Of a DNA stretch of 64,000 nucleotides, positions 45,473 to 59,775 are shown piece by piece. The notes beneath the pieces are model-generated. The model had not been told where the DNA came from. It ran no database searches and saw nothing but the letters and a program-made list of their open reading frames with translations. Location: the NCBI GenBank assembly GCA_965112155.1, contig OZ218113.1; one strand, 5' to 3'. The DNA is from Podarcis liolepis (Eukaryota). A program made the position numbers and the translations under genes. The number at the start of each line of letters is the position of its first letter. The first letter of the stretch is position 1.

Positions 45473-47161
45473 ATATCTACACACCTACACACTACCATGC
45501 CCCAGGGCGGAGTGTTGTAAAAAACAAACAAACACTACTTGGTCCACCAAAAACTGTATACCCCTGCAAGCAAAACTACATAAACCAGAATAATACATTC
45601 AAAACACATGATATTCACATTTGAGAAAGAAAGAACTGAGCTGAGATCCCAAGTCAAAATAAAAACCAAACAAACTGCTCTGTCCTGTACAGAAGAGCAA
45701 TCTATATTCAAAGCTTTAATCCATAAACCAAAGACTACAAGAATGTCAGCAGTGGGAAAATCATTAGATCTCAATAAATGTTTGCTTAACAAAAGAAAAT
45801 TAAACATGGGGAGGGGGCAGCATGATCCTTCCAAAATGAAAAGGTACATTATCTTTCTGTGGGAGTTTGTCTAATAAAGAAGAAAGGTTCACTGCATACA
45901 GACAAAGAGCATAATTTGATTATGAGCACCCAACCAGAATATAATGCCCCTGTTCACAGCAAATTCCTGTTACCAGGAGTATTAACAACAGTGAAGATAG
46001 AAGAATTCCCACCAAATGTGCTATTTCCTTACAAACTTGCATGCAATATGTATTGATTCCACCATAAATTGAAAATCCAAAACTACAGCCTTCCTCTTCC
46101 TATTTAACCGTCTCTTGATTGGCAACAATTCAACTAGATTTCATGCATCTGGTAATATAGATGCAACGTAAAATGTTGCCATGGACTCTTGGGAAACAAA
46201 ATTTGGTCCGCAGTTATAGCTCAATAATTGTATTCAACAAAAGCATATCATTATTTCTTTTGATGTGACAGATAACAGTTTTAAACCGGCAGTTTTGTAA
46301 TTAGGTAACTCTGTTATCTAGCCACTCTCTGTTCAATCCATGAATAGTAGCTCCCAAGGCTAAGGAGCTGCGGGCACCTAACAGTCGTAAGGACCCATTG
46401 CCAGCAATATGAACATTTTCTCCATGCATCATCTTCCCCAAAGTAACTTTTCAGAGCTTCTCAGAGCTCAGCAGGAATATCCCCTCCTAAATTACTGCCT
46501 CTGGTATTGACCAGACTTCTAACTGATAATTGCAGGGCACCGATCTATAGAAGCGAAACTATAAGCTAATCATGGGAGATGGAGAGGCCACATATACACA
46601 CATCACTTTTTTTCTGGGATGGATCAACTCTTTACTTATCAGCAGCAAGATGTTCATGTTTGTGTGAGATAAGACGAATTGGCGAGAAGAGGGGAAGTGG
46701 CTTTTCTAAGAAGTGCAGTACACAACATTGTAGATTCAGATCCTTCACTTTTTCCATCAAGCAATCTGGAAATCAGTCCATGATCAGCTGTTCCTTTTGT
46801 GAGTCTTTACAGAGGCTAAATGGCTTCACAAACCCTGAACTCAGTGAGTCTCTAGAATGCCCTTTCCTGAGTGTCTTTATGCTGCTTTATGAAGACATTG
46901 AAGCTCTCAGCTTGATGCCCATTCTGGCACATCTGAACCCCGATTCCTCCTTCCCGTTTTTCCAGAATATTATTGCAAGCTCTCTCTCTCCCCCCCCCCC
47001 ATTCTCTACTCCTCCTGCCAGCTTTTGAATTCTCACTGCAACTTCCTCTTCCTTTTTCCTCAGTACCTGAAGCAATTCATCACACAATCTCACTGCAACA
47101 TCAGCCCTCACTCATCCTGTTTGTCTCATCAGTCTTAACTGTTAAATAGTAAACTGCAGAA

Positions 47162-47386
47162 CAGGGGCGTCCAAAACATTGATCCCGATCTACTGGTCTA
47201 TCGCAGGGCGCCCCTGGTTGATCCCGTGATCCTGAGCAATCAATCACCCGGGGGGGGGGGGAGCTCAAAAACTTTGGTTCATCCTCTCCCAAAAAAGCTC
47301 AACATTGGTCAATCCAATGGGTAGATCACTTCCAGTTTTTTAATAGTGGGAGTAGATCACAGTCTCTTGGAAGTTGGACATCCCTG
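47162..47386. mobile_element. hAT-type MITE
   Basis: TIRs CAGGGGCGTCCAA / TTGGACATCCCTG; 8-bp flanks CTGCAGAA / CTGTAGAG (6/8 match). Confidence 0.75.
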
Positions 47387-50300
47387 CTGTAGAGTTTCTC
47401 AATAAAATTTCGTTTCTGGAAAAACTCATCTTGTCTCCACTGATCCCTTGAAAACGCAACTATCCTAACTAAATGATCCAAGTTACGTATACTTTGCTCT
47501 CCTGTGTTCTAGTGTTAGCTACCGAGCCAGCCCCACAGGACAAACAGCAGCTTCTGGCAGAATACCAGCAGAGCTGCTGTAAGAAATGGTTATATTATCA
47601 CATGTTAAGATTACCCCCCACTCCTCTACCATTCATGGAAGAGGTTGTTCTCTGAACATGGAGTAGTAGTCTACAGACATGTTAAGAGACATGTTTCCTA
47701 AGTATAGTACTTCTTCAAGCACTGCCTGCAGAGAGCTGCAGTGCTGGGGACTGAGACTTAGAGGAATTTCTCCCTATAGATTAAAATGATCTGCTGCTGC
47801 TTCTTGGGTCTTTTATGAGACTTCCTGTGTTGTGAGGGGACATGGCCATCAATCTGGACACTCTGCCTTTCATTTCTTATATTAATAAACCCCCAGTCCA
47901 CTGAAGAAAACAAGGATGTACCTATCTCTCCTAAGCTTTCCCCCTTTTCCTCATAAGTCACTTTTTTAAAAGACTGTAAACCAGCATACCATTCTTCAAA
48001 AAAGAATGCAACAGCAATGATAAGGGCAAGAGTGAACATGATGGAGGAAGAGAAAGATATTTCAAATTCCTAGAAACCATACCAGCTGTTTCAGTACTAG
48101 CTCTTTGAAATGGTGAATCAATATTTTTAAGTCCTACATACTAACATATCAATTTTTCAGGGAGTTTACGTTCCCCCCAACCCAAGCTGGGACAAGGGAT
48201 TTTAAAACCTTGAGTTAAGGGAGCTGGTATAGATCATCAACATTGTGAGATCCTTTTGCAAGCATGAGAATGAAAACCAGTGATTCCACACATGATGGCT
48301 GGGTGGGTGCCGGTTCCAGGAACAGAACTGCCGAAGGGCTGGCCCTTATCACGCTCAAGTTAAGGACTTAATAGGAATGGGTACAACTAGGTAACAGCCC
48401 CAGACATTCTGAGCAAACAGAACTGTATTACAAATTGTAAACAATTTATTTAGCAAGTGGACAAAATTTTATATTACTGTGGTGGCATTAAATTGATATG
48501 AATCAAAACTGACTTCACAATTCACAGATTTAATATAAACAAACCTGTACCTATCAGTCTTACTTATGCAACCTGGAAGCAGTTGCACAAATAATACAAT
48601 AGAAATATGCAGGACAATAAAATACTAAAAACACTCAATTTTCCATTTTGAACAAGTATACCTTACAGAACTGTAACAGTGAATTCATTATGGAGTTTAA
48701 ATGTTCTCTGGGTAAATTTCCCATTTGTTCCAAAAATACTTTATACTTCATCCTTTGGTTCCCTCCCAACTTAGGTGTTCTCCAGAAGGCTGCAGAATGT
48801 AACTCTGACTCTGCTGACTTTAAAAAGTTCCAGAATTTCTGCAGTAAACACACAGGTGCTGAAATTCTCATTTCTCACCAATGAAAGCACTTCTTAAAAT
48901 TGATTACGGTTATTAGTGCCCTTGGAAGAACCACACTTTTCTTTTCTGCCTAGGCTCATGTCAACATCAACAAGTAGAAAGAGACCAGTAACTTTAGACA
49001 AAATGCATGTAGTTGACCAAAGCCTACTTTTGACAAGTAAGACTGTATACCGGGGGCGGGGGGGGGGGATGCAGTCATAATAAGTTAGAGCTACTAGCAG
49101 CCTATAACACAGCTATAGTAAATGCCAACTGTACCAAATGAAAGCAAGGTTTTTCATTTGCTCCAGCGGGTGAGAGCGTAGTGACCAAGCAAGATCCAAT
49201 AAGCTGGTTCTGTAGTTTTCATCCTTGGCTTGGGTTTTACATGAAAACTGGAATGCTGTACCTGTAGCACGCTTGCTTAAAAGGTTGGCTGTCAGCAACA
49301 TAAATCTTCCTATTTAAACAGAAATACAGTAAATATCTAAAGGCAGCCAATTTGTTCTCCAGCAGAGTACATTTAATTTTTAAAAAAACTAAAGTAAATC
49401 TGTAGAATCATAACTGACAGGGACACAATACCATCTTGTCTAAACCTACTAAATGATTGTAAATTTCACATTCTCTTAAGTAATGAATTATCATCTTGCT
49501 GTTGCTGCTGTAAAACTCCCTCCTCCATTTTCAGTCTAGCTTCCTGTAGTTTAAACCTACTGCTTCTTAGCCGATCTTCAGTGCAAAATTTAAACAGCTT
49601 TTTCTGTAGTTTTTGGATATGTATTTGACAACAGTCAACATTATAACAGCCTCGCAAACAAGTCCCCACAAAGGTAGAAAAATCCTTTATGAGCTAAACT
49701 CACAGTTCCTTCAGCCTTTCTTCATATGTCTTCTAGATCCCTTCAGCATCCTCAATGTTCTTTTTTAAGTCAAGGTAATTGGTTCCTTTTATCTATTAAT
49801 TTATCAGGAACATAAGAGAAAATTAAGTTACTTAAGTTAAAATTAAGTTTAATTAAGAAAATTAAGTTACAACATATATTACTTTAACCAATAGACTATA
49901 CCAGAGAAAGTTCATAACTTCATATGACGTTTATGTTTAGAGCAAACAAGGAAGACCATTTTTTTTATTTATTATGATGATGAACTAAAAGAGTACTCCA
50001 CTTCCAGCATGAAATGTAGCTGGTAAAGGGTTACAAATTAAAGACAGGCACAGAAACAAGAAATAGGTACAGTATTCCCTTCCCACACATCAGACAAGAT
50101 ATTTGCATATTAGAAATTTCATTATGGGACTAGTGACAGTCCTAGTACCAAAGGAAGAAGGGGTTCCAATTATAAAAGCTTTGCAAATAAGACTCCCAAA
50201 ATTACTAGCCCACCATAATTTTTACTGTTCACCTGTTAAGGCATTACAAAGTACCGTAAGTTGTTTGCGGCACATTAGCTAGGAGCAAGGGGAGAAGGGA

Positions 50301-52936
50301 AATTCATTCCCAATAACTGCTTGCTTGCCTAAGGGTAATCTATACTCACAAGCAAGCAGATATACATTATAACAGCCATTTATTAAGCATTTGGAACACC
50401 CTATCTTGTGATTTCAACCCACCTCTTCAATCTTCTCTAAAAAAATATAGTAACTAGCTTTAGGAAACTCTGTGTTGTGCGTTCGCAACTATTCTACTTA
50501 GTTGTATATCTTTCACAAAAATTGACAGAATACTGCTTAATCAATGGAAGGTACACAATTTAATCTGTATGCCATATTTGTTATTGCACCTCAAAACTGA
50601 ATTTGCATTTTCTGTTGTCACTGTCGCGTTGTGGATTCGTCCCCGTCTCTCTCTCTCTCCCCCCCCCCCCCCCGGCTATCCACCAATTATCCACCAGTTT
50701 ATAAATTCCTCTATTTTGAGGTCAGTAACAACTTGGCATTTGTCTTTGGTTTCCAAGCAAGTGCTTTAACTGGCCAATATAAACTTTGAATTCTAAATCA
50801 GCCCTTCTTAGGTCTTGTTTCTACTGAGGTGGTTGACCTGAACGTGAGCTGTTCTGTTTTAAACCACAGGTATGGGCTCACGTGATGGAATGCTTCTCCA
50901 TACAAAATACCCACTCTGCACAGAAAACTAGGAAATGGGAGAGAAGGCTAGGCTAAGGCTAGAACCAGTCTCCCTAGTTTTCAATGTGCAAGGATACAGT
51001 ATTATCTATTATATATACGTGGAGCAGCATTTCATTACGTGAGCCGCACCTGTCTGAAGTGCCACATCCAGAGACAAGCTTACCACCACAGTGAGAGCCA
51101 GGCCTATGTCACACCCTTCATCTAGGTGACTAATAAAAGTGACTAGAATTGACTAAGCAGATCCCAGCCAAATCTTGTTGTACACCAACAATGAATTATT
51201 AGCGAAGTTCTCCAACAGCCCAACCTAATGCTCTAAAATATATTTCTCCAATTTATAATTCATGAATGTCATCAAATAGATGTTTGAATGCTTTCAATCT
51301 GGTGTGTTACCCTCAGTCAAACAATTTACCATACCAACAGAGGAAGCTGAATTAAGGTGATACCGTTTGCTCTTTATAAAAATGCTCTTCAAAACTGTAG
51401 ACTGCTAGGAACTGCTCAGCTTGTTTATAAGCTTAAGCTGCTTTTTTGTTCTACTTGCCAAGCTTATTCATTATCTCTAGGAAGCACACAATTCCATGGA
51501 CCCTCCCTTTTTTAAGATAACCACGGCATTTGCCTTCAGCCAGTTAGAGATCTTGCACAGTTGCAATGGGAAACTTTGGAATGGAAAGTGCAAGAATTTC
51601 CCCCCACTCCAAGTCCCTGCCAAAGACCTAGGGGTTTAGATTCAGTGCCATCAAAGCAGCCCCTCCAGCCCCTTCCTCACACTTACTCTTGCATGGAGAT
51701 GAGAAGGGGATGCTGACAGCAGGGACACCTCCCAGTCTGACACAAGGAAACATGGGGAATTTAGTTCCTGATGCTTCCAGTGTTAAATGTAGAGCGTTCA
51801 CTACATTACAAAATAATAGAAACTGCATTTCCAATGCTTCCTGGCAGTAATAAGCATTCCCTCAGCATCACGTCTGAGGTCTTCAAAGCCACAAGCCCTC
51901 TCTGTTGCTATCCTTACCCCCAAGAGTAAGCTTGCGAAAAGGGAATGGTATGCAGGCAGCTGGCAGCAGCAGAGGCCTTAGGCTGCAGGTAAATCAACAG
52001 GGCCTTTTCAGACAGGGCTCATGCTTCCCAGTTCAGATGGGACTATGATATAACTATTTTTATTTTATTTTTTTGTTTCTGGATGTAATGTTTTGGCTAA
52101 TGTTTAAATTGTTAGCATGCCTCCCAATTTGCTTGATTGTTTATTTTAAACAAACAACCATGCAAAAAAAAATGAGAGTGAAGGACTGAATTGGGATTAA
52201 AGAAAATATACTTTAACCCATTACATTTTTATAGCATTTTCATTCCCCTCCCAGGTAATTAGACATGATCTCCTGGTCAACACTATAGCTTCCACTTGCC
52301 ATGCATAGGGCAGTTAACAGAAGGCAGGAACCACTTCCCTTAAACCAAGTCAGACTACTAGTCCACCACATTCAATACTGTCTACTCAGAGTAACAGTCT
52401 CTCCCCAGGGTTCCACACAGAATTGTTTCCCACTCTAACTGGAGATTCCTGAGATCTCAAGTCTTTAAAAACATGATATGACAAACAAAGCCTACTTGCC
52501 TGGCTTGTACAAGCAAATACCAGTTGAGGCTATTATTCCCAGACTCTGAAAATGGAATTTGGAATAACAGCTTCTCTCTCCCCATTTTAAATCAGATGAT
52601 GTCACAATGCACAGACAAGCACTTTACAGAACAGTGAGAATTATATGCTGTGCTCCTGGGTGTAAAGTCACAACCGCATACTTTAAAGTGTTCAAATCAG
52701 CTAGAAGCATGTTCTCCTCTATGAGGAACACCTTAGCTATAATGTTTGCCTAGGATTCTGCACTCCTTAAAAGACCTTCTTGAGATCTGATTACATCATC
52801 ACATCCCTAATAAAATATCCTACCCAGGATGTGATTTGCTTATGGACCAAAAATCACCTAGGAAAGAGAATGAAGCAATGAGTCTCATCTTTCTTTTCCC
52901 CTTATGATAACCGACCTGAAACACAACACTCTAGTC

Positions 52937-53069
52937 TAGCCTTTCTCAACCCTGGGTTCCCAGATGTTCTTGAACTACAACTCCCATCATGCCTGACCAC
53001 TGGCCATGCTGGCTAGGAATGATGAGAGTTGTAGTCGAACATCTGGGGACTCAAGTTTGAGAAAGGCTT
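52937..53069. mobile_element. Palindromic hAT MITE, same family as 2536-2673
   Basis: Perfect 8-bp TSD CTCTAGTC (52929-52936, 53070-53077); shared actacaactcccatca core. Confidence 0.85.
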
Positions 53070-54647
53070 CTCTAGTCAGTATGTGTATACTGTATTAACC
53101 ATACAAGAAGCAAAATTCTCTCTTACAGAAGAAACTTATTTTCAAAGTTCAGCATAGGGTTCAATTCTGGCATCACACATAATTAATGAATGATGGGCAT
53201 GATATCTGAACTGACAAACCATAGTTACACATTCACACCACTGCTTCCAGAGACAGGAATCAATTTGTGAAGTGCTTAGTGTACTGGAAATTAAAGGAAA
53301 CAAAGCTACAAGCAATGGTTTGCCTGGAAGCTCACAACCTGGGTCCGAAACTGGTTGACTCAAACCATGATCATCTCATCACAGGGTCTGTTCTATACAA
53401 GGTAGAAATCAGGAATTTAGTATGGCAGCACCTACCCTTTGGAGCTCACTCCCGTTACATGTCAGAAAGGAGCAGTCCTACTACTGTCTTTTCAGATCTT
53501 CCTTTTTCAACAAGACTTTTAAGTGGGGATTTTTATCCCAATTTGTATTAAATTTGAAATTGTTTATGTTTTTGATGTTAGGATGTTTCTTGGGAAGCGA
53601 GTCATAAATGAAATAAATAAATGAATAAATAAATAAGAAGTGCACATTGGAGCCTGGGCAGAGAAGGCTCCCTTTCCCTCCCTTGTGTGTTGGCAACCCC
53701 AAGTTATTCTGGCATCCAAGCTAACAGCCTCAAGTTTGTGCAAATAAACTGAAGGAAAGATTGGTAAACTGGAACAAACTAAACAAACGTCTGCATCGCC
53801 GATACCATAAGAAAGTCCTGTATGATCTAAATGAAAGTATGGCATGATTCTTTTATTCACTTTCAGTCCTCTTCTCCCTCAGTGAGGAATTCTGGTGCCA
53901 GGTGATATGCTACACTGTATGGCTTACAACAGAGCTAGCCACCCGCTTGTGAATATTATCAGAGATCACAAAGAAAGGAATATATAACAACAAGAAGATG
54001 AGGAAAATAACAAAGAGACTATATGGACAGAATTGTGTCATTAAAGCAGCAGCAAGAGTGATGTTTGGATCCCTTTCGGAGCTCGAAGTATGGGTACCCC
54101 CAACAAAATTTTAAAAATTTGTCTGTATAATTTGGAACTAATGTGATTTGGAATTAATGTGATTTGATTGGCCTGTTAATAAAAATTATTTTTTAAAAAA
54201 AATACAACAGAGCTAGCCAACATGGTACCCTGCAAATGTTTTGGACTACAGCTCCCAGCAGCAAATCCAATGATAAGGGATGTGAGTTGTAGTCCAAAAC
54301 ATCTGCAGGGCACCACTTTGGCTACCCATGGCATACAGCATGCCAGCTTGTACAAGTTATGCATACAGGTTGGTTGGCTGGTTGGTTTTACTTTTGTGAA
54401 AATAGATGACTCTTGTTTTCTACAGGATATTTTTCTGGAAAATAAATTTTGTGTGCCATAAACAAGGTTCTGATTCAGGTATGCACAAACCCACTACTAC
54501 TAGCCATCTCAAGCAACAGATATTGCTAAAACCTGCCTAAAGCCCTAAACATGGTACAAAAAGCCAAGTGGCAAATCTTCCCTGTAACAACAGTGTTTGC
54601 TATTTTATAGCCAGTGAGCTGCAAAGCATCTTCATGGGATTTACTCA

Positions 54648-54790
54648 GGGCCACAGCTCAGTAGTAGTGCACATGCTTTGGATGTGAAAGATCCCAGGTT
54701 CAATCCTCAATATCTTCAACTAGGACTAAGAAAGACTCCTCCCTGAAACCCATCTGAAATAGACTCTGCATAATGCAACTTCCCATGTTC
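54648..54790 (+). mobile_element. tRNA-derived SINE (related copies about 61545-61720 +, 39400-39530 -, 52320-52450 -)
   Basis: A-box-like gctcagtagtag and B-box-like ggttcaatcc; the 61545 copy ends in an aggcagcttcctatgttcct tail. Confidence 0.65.
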
Positions 54791-57700
54791 TGGGAAAATC
54801 CAAAACTTAGTAACATATTTTTTGAGGATTTAAAACTTTAGTCAAATCCATTAAGCACACCTAGTGCAAGCAGTTTAAAAGCAGCTGGAATCATTCTTTA
54901 ACAAGCTGCAAAATTTACCTGAAGTATCAAAGGTGGAGTGCCTTCTTTCCTCATACTTGATTATTTATTCTCGTATGCATAACAACCACCTGCAATGTTG
55001 TCCTTGAAAATTAAGTATCTCTTTTGCATTAATCTTGGCTTCCCCCCTTGCCTTAACACCTCTGCAGTTTACAGTCTCAATACACAGCTTAGCATGGCAA
55101 TATGCATTAGGAGATGCTTTGCTTGCTGCACACAAAATGACGCAGTTCCATTCTTCAGTCTTCTACTAACCAATAAATACCCAACCACCTGAAGCTATGT
55201 GCCTACTCCACACCAGGCAGTTCTCAAATTCCACATATTGTATTAACTTTCCCCAACTGTTCTCTCCAGATAGTTTTTTTGGAGCCTAACTCCCATCAGT
55301 CCCAACCTGCATGGTCAATGACTGGGAATGATGAGAGTTGTAGTCCACAACAAGTGGAGGGCATTAGGCACAGGGAGGGGAGTTGCCATATATCATTACT
55401 CCTTCAAAACCTGGCAATGTTCCTATATCTACCTGCCCTCTGTCACATGAAACTTTGAGAAATCTTTCCATACAACACTCAGTACTTTTCATCACTCTGA
55501 TGTTCCACTTCACCTACACTTCTGAAATATTCAAACCCCTCCATGTATCCATATGTAAAGTACTGATAGAACACATTCCAGTTCTGGATTAATGATGCAG
55601 CAGATGGAGGAGGAGTGAAGCAGCAGTGACCATTCATCATGTCACAATAAGTAGTAGAGATAAGATAATGTGGAAGCAATGTTGGACATTTAAATAGTAT
55701 GCACCTACACAGTGGATATATCCAATACCTTCCTGGCAGCCCAGGGCAAGCAACCCCCATCCTCACATACACATTCCACTCATGGTGGACATTGGACAAG
55801 GGAGGGAAAGCCGGGCCTTCTCTATCCCACATGTTTTCTCAGCACAATACAGCTTTTAAAGGGCACTGGTCACTTAGATCTGAAGTTGAATTTCCAAGGG
55901 ATGTCCATTAGTTAATTGACAGATTTCCATTGAACTTGAAGCCTGCCGCTCAATCCTATGCTTGTTTAGTTGGAAGTGTCACTTTGTTGAATTAGGCTAA
56001 CTCTGGTCAGTGTGCATAAGACTGCCTTAGAAATACTGTACAATTGAATCACTCAAGACCATTGTGGTAACACCAGCACCATCCCTTCAGCTCCCAAGCA
56101 AAGATATAGAAACATCTGTGGCTGCAATCCTAGCTGCACTTACTTGGAAGTAAGCCCCACTGAATGCAATAGAACTTCCTTCTGAGTAGACATGGTTAGG
56201 ATTGTGCTGGTGGTGAATGATTTTGGAAAAAATCCTCCTTTACAGCTAGACAGACAGATCTGGAAGAGATTGTGAAGCTTATAGTAACAAGTATAGAATG
56301 AAATGGCCTTCAAAAATAACAAATTCCAGCAACAGTATATTATATGCAAGAAAACCTGAAATTAGCAACCACTGCCAACTTTCAAGATGAAAGAACTGCT
56401 TCAAGTCCAGAACCAAACTCAAGTCGAGCTCCTGTAAACCTGCAAGCAATCACTTAACAGTGTCTACCCAACTCAGCATGGCACACCACACCCCATATCT
56501 AGAACACCACAAATGGAACATAGTCTCCAACACAACTTGAATCAGAAAAGGTAAAAACAGAGTCCCATGACACAACAATAATTCTGAAATCATCATTCTG
56601 ACTTTCTAGTCACACCCCTGCAGTGGTAAAATCCAGTCTTTCTACAGAAAAGTTCATGTTCTCAGTTCTATGTCTCTATCCACTTTAGGTAAAACCTTAG
56701 GGGAGTAGAAAGATAAACCTCTATATCTGAATACAGAGACAAACTCTGAACCAATAAAGGGATGTTGTAGTCCTTTGGAAAGGTGAAGGATACAGGGGTG
56801 GGAAAGAAGGTGATTAACCCAGGCTTCCTCACAACGGTCTTAACTATTTTCATATGCAGGTATCCCACACAATACCCACACAATACTGACCGTATCTCAT
56901 ACAAAAGTCACCCACGTGCAGTGGGTAGCACCAGCAACCTTGCAAACAGTTGTGCAGTATGAGGAGGAAAGGAAATATCACGAAACTTATCCATTACACA
57001 CATGCATACCATAAGGGGTGTGAGAGTTAAAAGGTCTCACCTGAGGACATTCCCAAGATCACTTAAAAGAGATTAAATGCTCCCCCAGTATCCCTTTAGC
57101 TTGCATATCAAAATCTACAAAAGTTAACCTAAACCCAGTAAGGGCACACATCTTTGTGTCTAGTCATTTGTGGTCTTCACAATACTAAAAGCCAACTTTT
57201 GTCATGCTCCTTTGCTAGTCTCCAGAGGCAATTTACACTTGCCACAGGTAACCTGGTAAGTGGTTATTTACAGCACTGCTTCAATCACCAAATCATACTC
57301 ATAGCAGATTACAGAGACACAAATGGGTGGATTTTCTGTACACCCTTTTCAGTGTGGTCTAATCTGCATGGTGATGGCAAGGATGGAAGCATAAATTGGG
57401 AGTTACTTTGGATATTAATTATTGTGGAGAACAAAGATGACTGTGTGCTGATGATAACATTAAACCGGGGGCAGGAAGACAACATACAGGAAGGTGAGGA
57501 AAAAACGAAAATATCAGATCTAGGGTTAAAAGGGAAAAGGAGAAACACATAATATGGGAGGAAAAGGGGGGGGTTAACAAACTCAATCTTCTGCCACACA
57601 AATTGGTCTCAGGCCTAAAACATGGATGCACCCAGCCAAAGGGAAGCCAAGTACACCTTGCATTTACTTACATGTATGTTTATGTTCCTCAAATGTCCCA

Positions 57701-58579
57701 TGCAGTTGAGCAAGAGTTAAGAGGCCAAAATTTGGGACCCGTGTACGCTTCCTTGAAACTATGTCCCACAGAATACAGCAAGCCTTACTTTCAAGTAAAT
57801 TTACCCACTTCTTTATGGGGGGTAAGCCCTACTGAATTCAGTGGGACTTTACTCCAGAATAAAAAGAGGCACAGGAGCAGGCTTCATGCTCCTAAGCAAG
57901 ATAGAAGAGTCCAGATTCAGTTTTCACCTTGGCCACAAACTCATCAGGCGGGCTTAGGCTAGCAGTTATTCTGTCCCATGACCTGCCTCACCCCCATTCA
58001 CAATAACACTGATCTACCTTACAGAGCTGTTATCCCCATATGAGATAGTACACACACACACAAGGTTGTATCCTGTCAACTCCAACTCCAAGCAAACTCA
58101 TAGAAATAAATTGGCACGACTAATTTAGGTCCATTAATCTCAGTAGGTTTATTCTGAGCAGCACTGGATAAAACATATTATCTATAACACGATGTAGTAA
58201 CACTGAGAGGTCCCAAGACCACCACCAGCAGCTACCTCCACACTTATCCCCCCCCCCAAAAAAAGGACTGTGAGAAGCAGCAGCGCTCTAAACAACTCTA
58301 TTAAAAAACCAAGCAGCAGGGCGACTTATTTACCACCACCATTCATTATTAAGTATCCCTATTAGCCCTGCCCTCCGTTATTATTTACCAACGCTTCTTA
58401 TTACCCAGGGAGGGCAACCCTGACACACCGGCGATAACAGAGGGCAACGCTAACAGCAAAAACCCTGCAGCAACAAACAACAACAAGGGAGGACACAGAA
58501 CGCAAAACGGCCTCTTCTCTTTGACAAGGGCAAGACTTTAAACAAACAAAGGTTGCAGTGGGAAGAGAAACAGGAATCC

Positions 58580-59440
58580 CAGAGAAGCGGCGGCCCTGAA
58601 GCCTTGGGGTGGGTGGGGGGACACGAAGACCCCAAAAGGGTGGAAAGTGCCTCCTCTCTCTCGCCCCCCTCCGGCCCGAGAAAAAGGCCCAACTCCGGAA
58701 TACGCCAGGCCGCAGCTGCCTGAGGAATAAGATGCCAGGCCCCGGCCCCGCTCCTCAGCCGTCCTTCTCCCTTCCCATTCGGGCTGCTGCTACTGCTGCT
58801 CTTCCTCGGCCGCCTCTCTTCCTCCTCCTCCTCCTTACCCAGCGGCGGTGGCAGCGGCCGGCCATGGCGGGGGTCCCTCCTCCCCACCCCCCAACGGGGC
58901 GCGGCGGCGGCGGCGGCTCGGAGGGGGGTGGTCGCTCGGCTTCCCCTCGGCGTCGTCGTCGCTGCTGCTTCTGCCGCCGCCTTCCCCTCGGCTCTGCGGC
59001 TCGGCGCCTCCGCCTCCCTCCTCACAACCACAACAACATGGCGGCCGGGGCCACACACCGAAGGGTGGGGCGGGGGAAGGAGGAGAAGGAGGAGCCCGGT
59101 GGGGGAAGCGATGGAGGGCGGGAAGGAGCGCGAGCGAGGGCGGCCTCCTGCCTCGACGCTCCTCCTGAGGGGGAAACGGTGGGAGGCGGGTCGGGGGCGC
59201 GTCTCGTCGGCTTCTTCCCGAGGCAGGTGGTGGCGGCGGTGTTGCTTCTCGGCTCAGGGCTGAAGGGAGCTGGCCACTATCGCCTCTCCACGCGGACTAA
59301 AATGAAATTAAAATAAAAAGTTCCTTTTTCCTTCTCCTCGCGTCCCAACGCCTTGAGGGGATGGCTCCTTCTTTCGCAGCGACACTGAGGGAAGCGTTCA
59401 TTATGAGGCGAATTCCGACAAAAGAAAACCAATCAGCAAC
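58580..59440. promoter_or_regulatory. CpG-island promoter of MTMR3
   Basis: The longest and densest GC/CpG-rich tract in the window. Contains a GC box GGGGCGGGG (59067-59075), E2F-like GGCGGGAA (59117-59124), YY1-like AACATGGCGGC (59035-59045) and NF-Y-type AACCAATCAG (59427-59436). Confidence 0.85.
58839..59050 (-). other. MTMR3: MTMR3 non-coding exon 1 (5' end approximate)
   Basis: Lies in the CpG island and ends at a strong donor TGG|GTAAGG (GT at 58838-58837). The TSS cannot be fixed from sequence alone. Confidence 0.75.
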
Positions 59441-59489
59441 AAGAATTTTATACTGCCTTTAAGAACATGTGTGTGTGTGTGTTACTATT

Positions 59490-59775
59490 AATTTATCTAT
59501 ATATAAATTTTATTATATATATTTTAAATTTTCTGTTTTGCAATTTGAAGTACTCATTCTTACATCCTTAAGATATCAGTGAGTTCCCTTCCTTCCATGG
59601 TTCATTTTACATACCGGTATCATAAATCCCTGCATATTTTACAGAAACTATACCATTCAGTATACCATTAATACATCCATCATAACTTACCGGTATTTAC
59701 ACTGTTGAATTTATCTTAATGCTGCCAGCATTTTCCGCTGTACAGTTATTTCCCATATATTCAATAAAAGTTTTC
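59490..59775 (-). mobile_element. L1 LINE 3' fragment
   Basis: Minus strand reads KTFIEYMGNNCT..., resembling reptile L1 ORF2 termini, followed by an AT-rich UTR and tail; no clear TSD. Confidence 0.55.

Noticed and set aside
46579-47111. 149-aa and 74-aa ORFs in intron 1
   Set aside because: No recognisable domain; they span a poly-C tract; probably chance or decayed repeat.
58450-59316. Long ORFs on both strands (202 aa, 235 aa, etc.)
   Set aside because: Low-complexity Arg/Gly/Pro/Ala translations typical of stop-poor CpG islands; no recognisable protein family.
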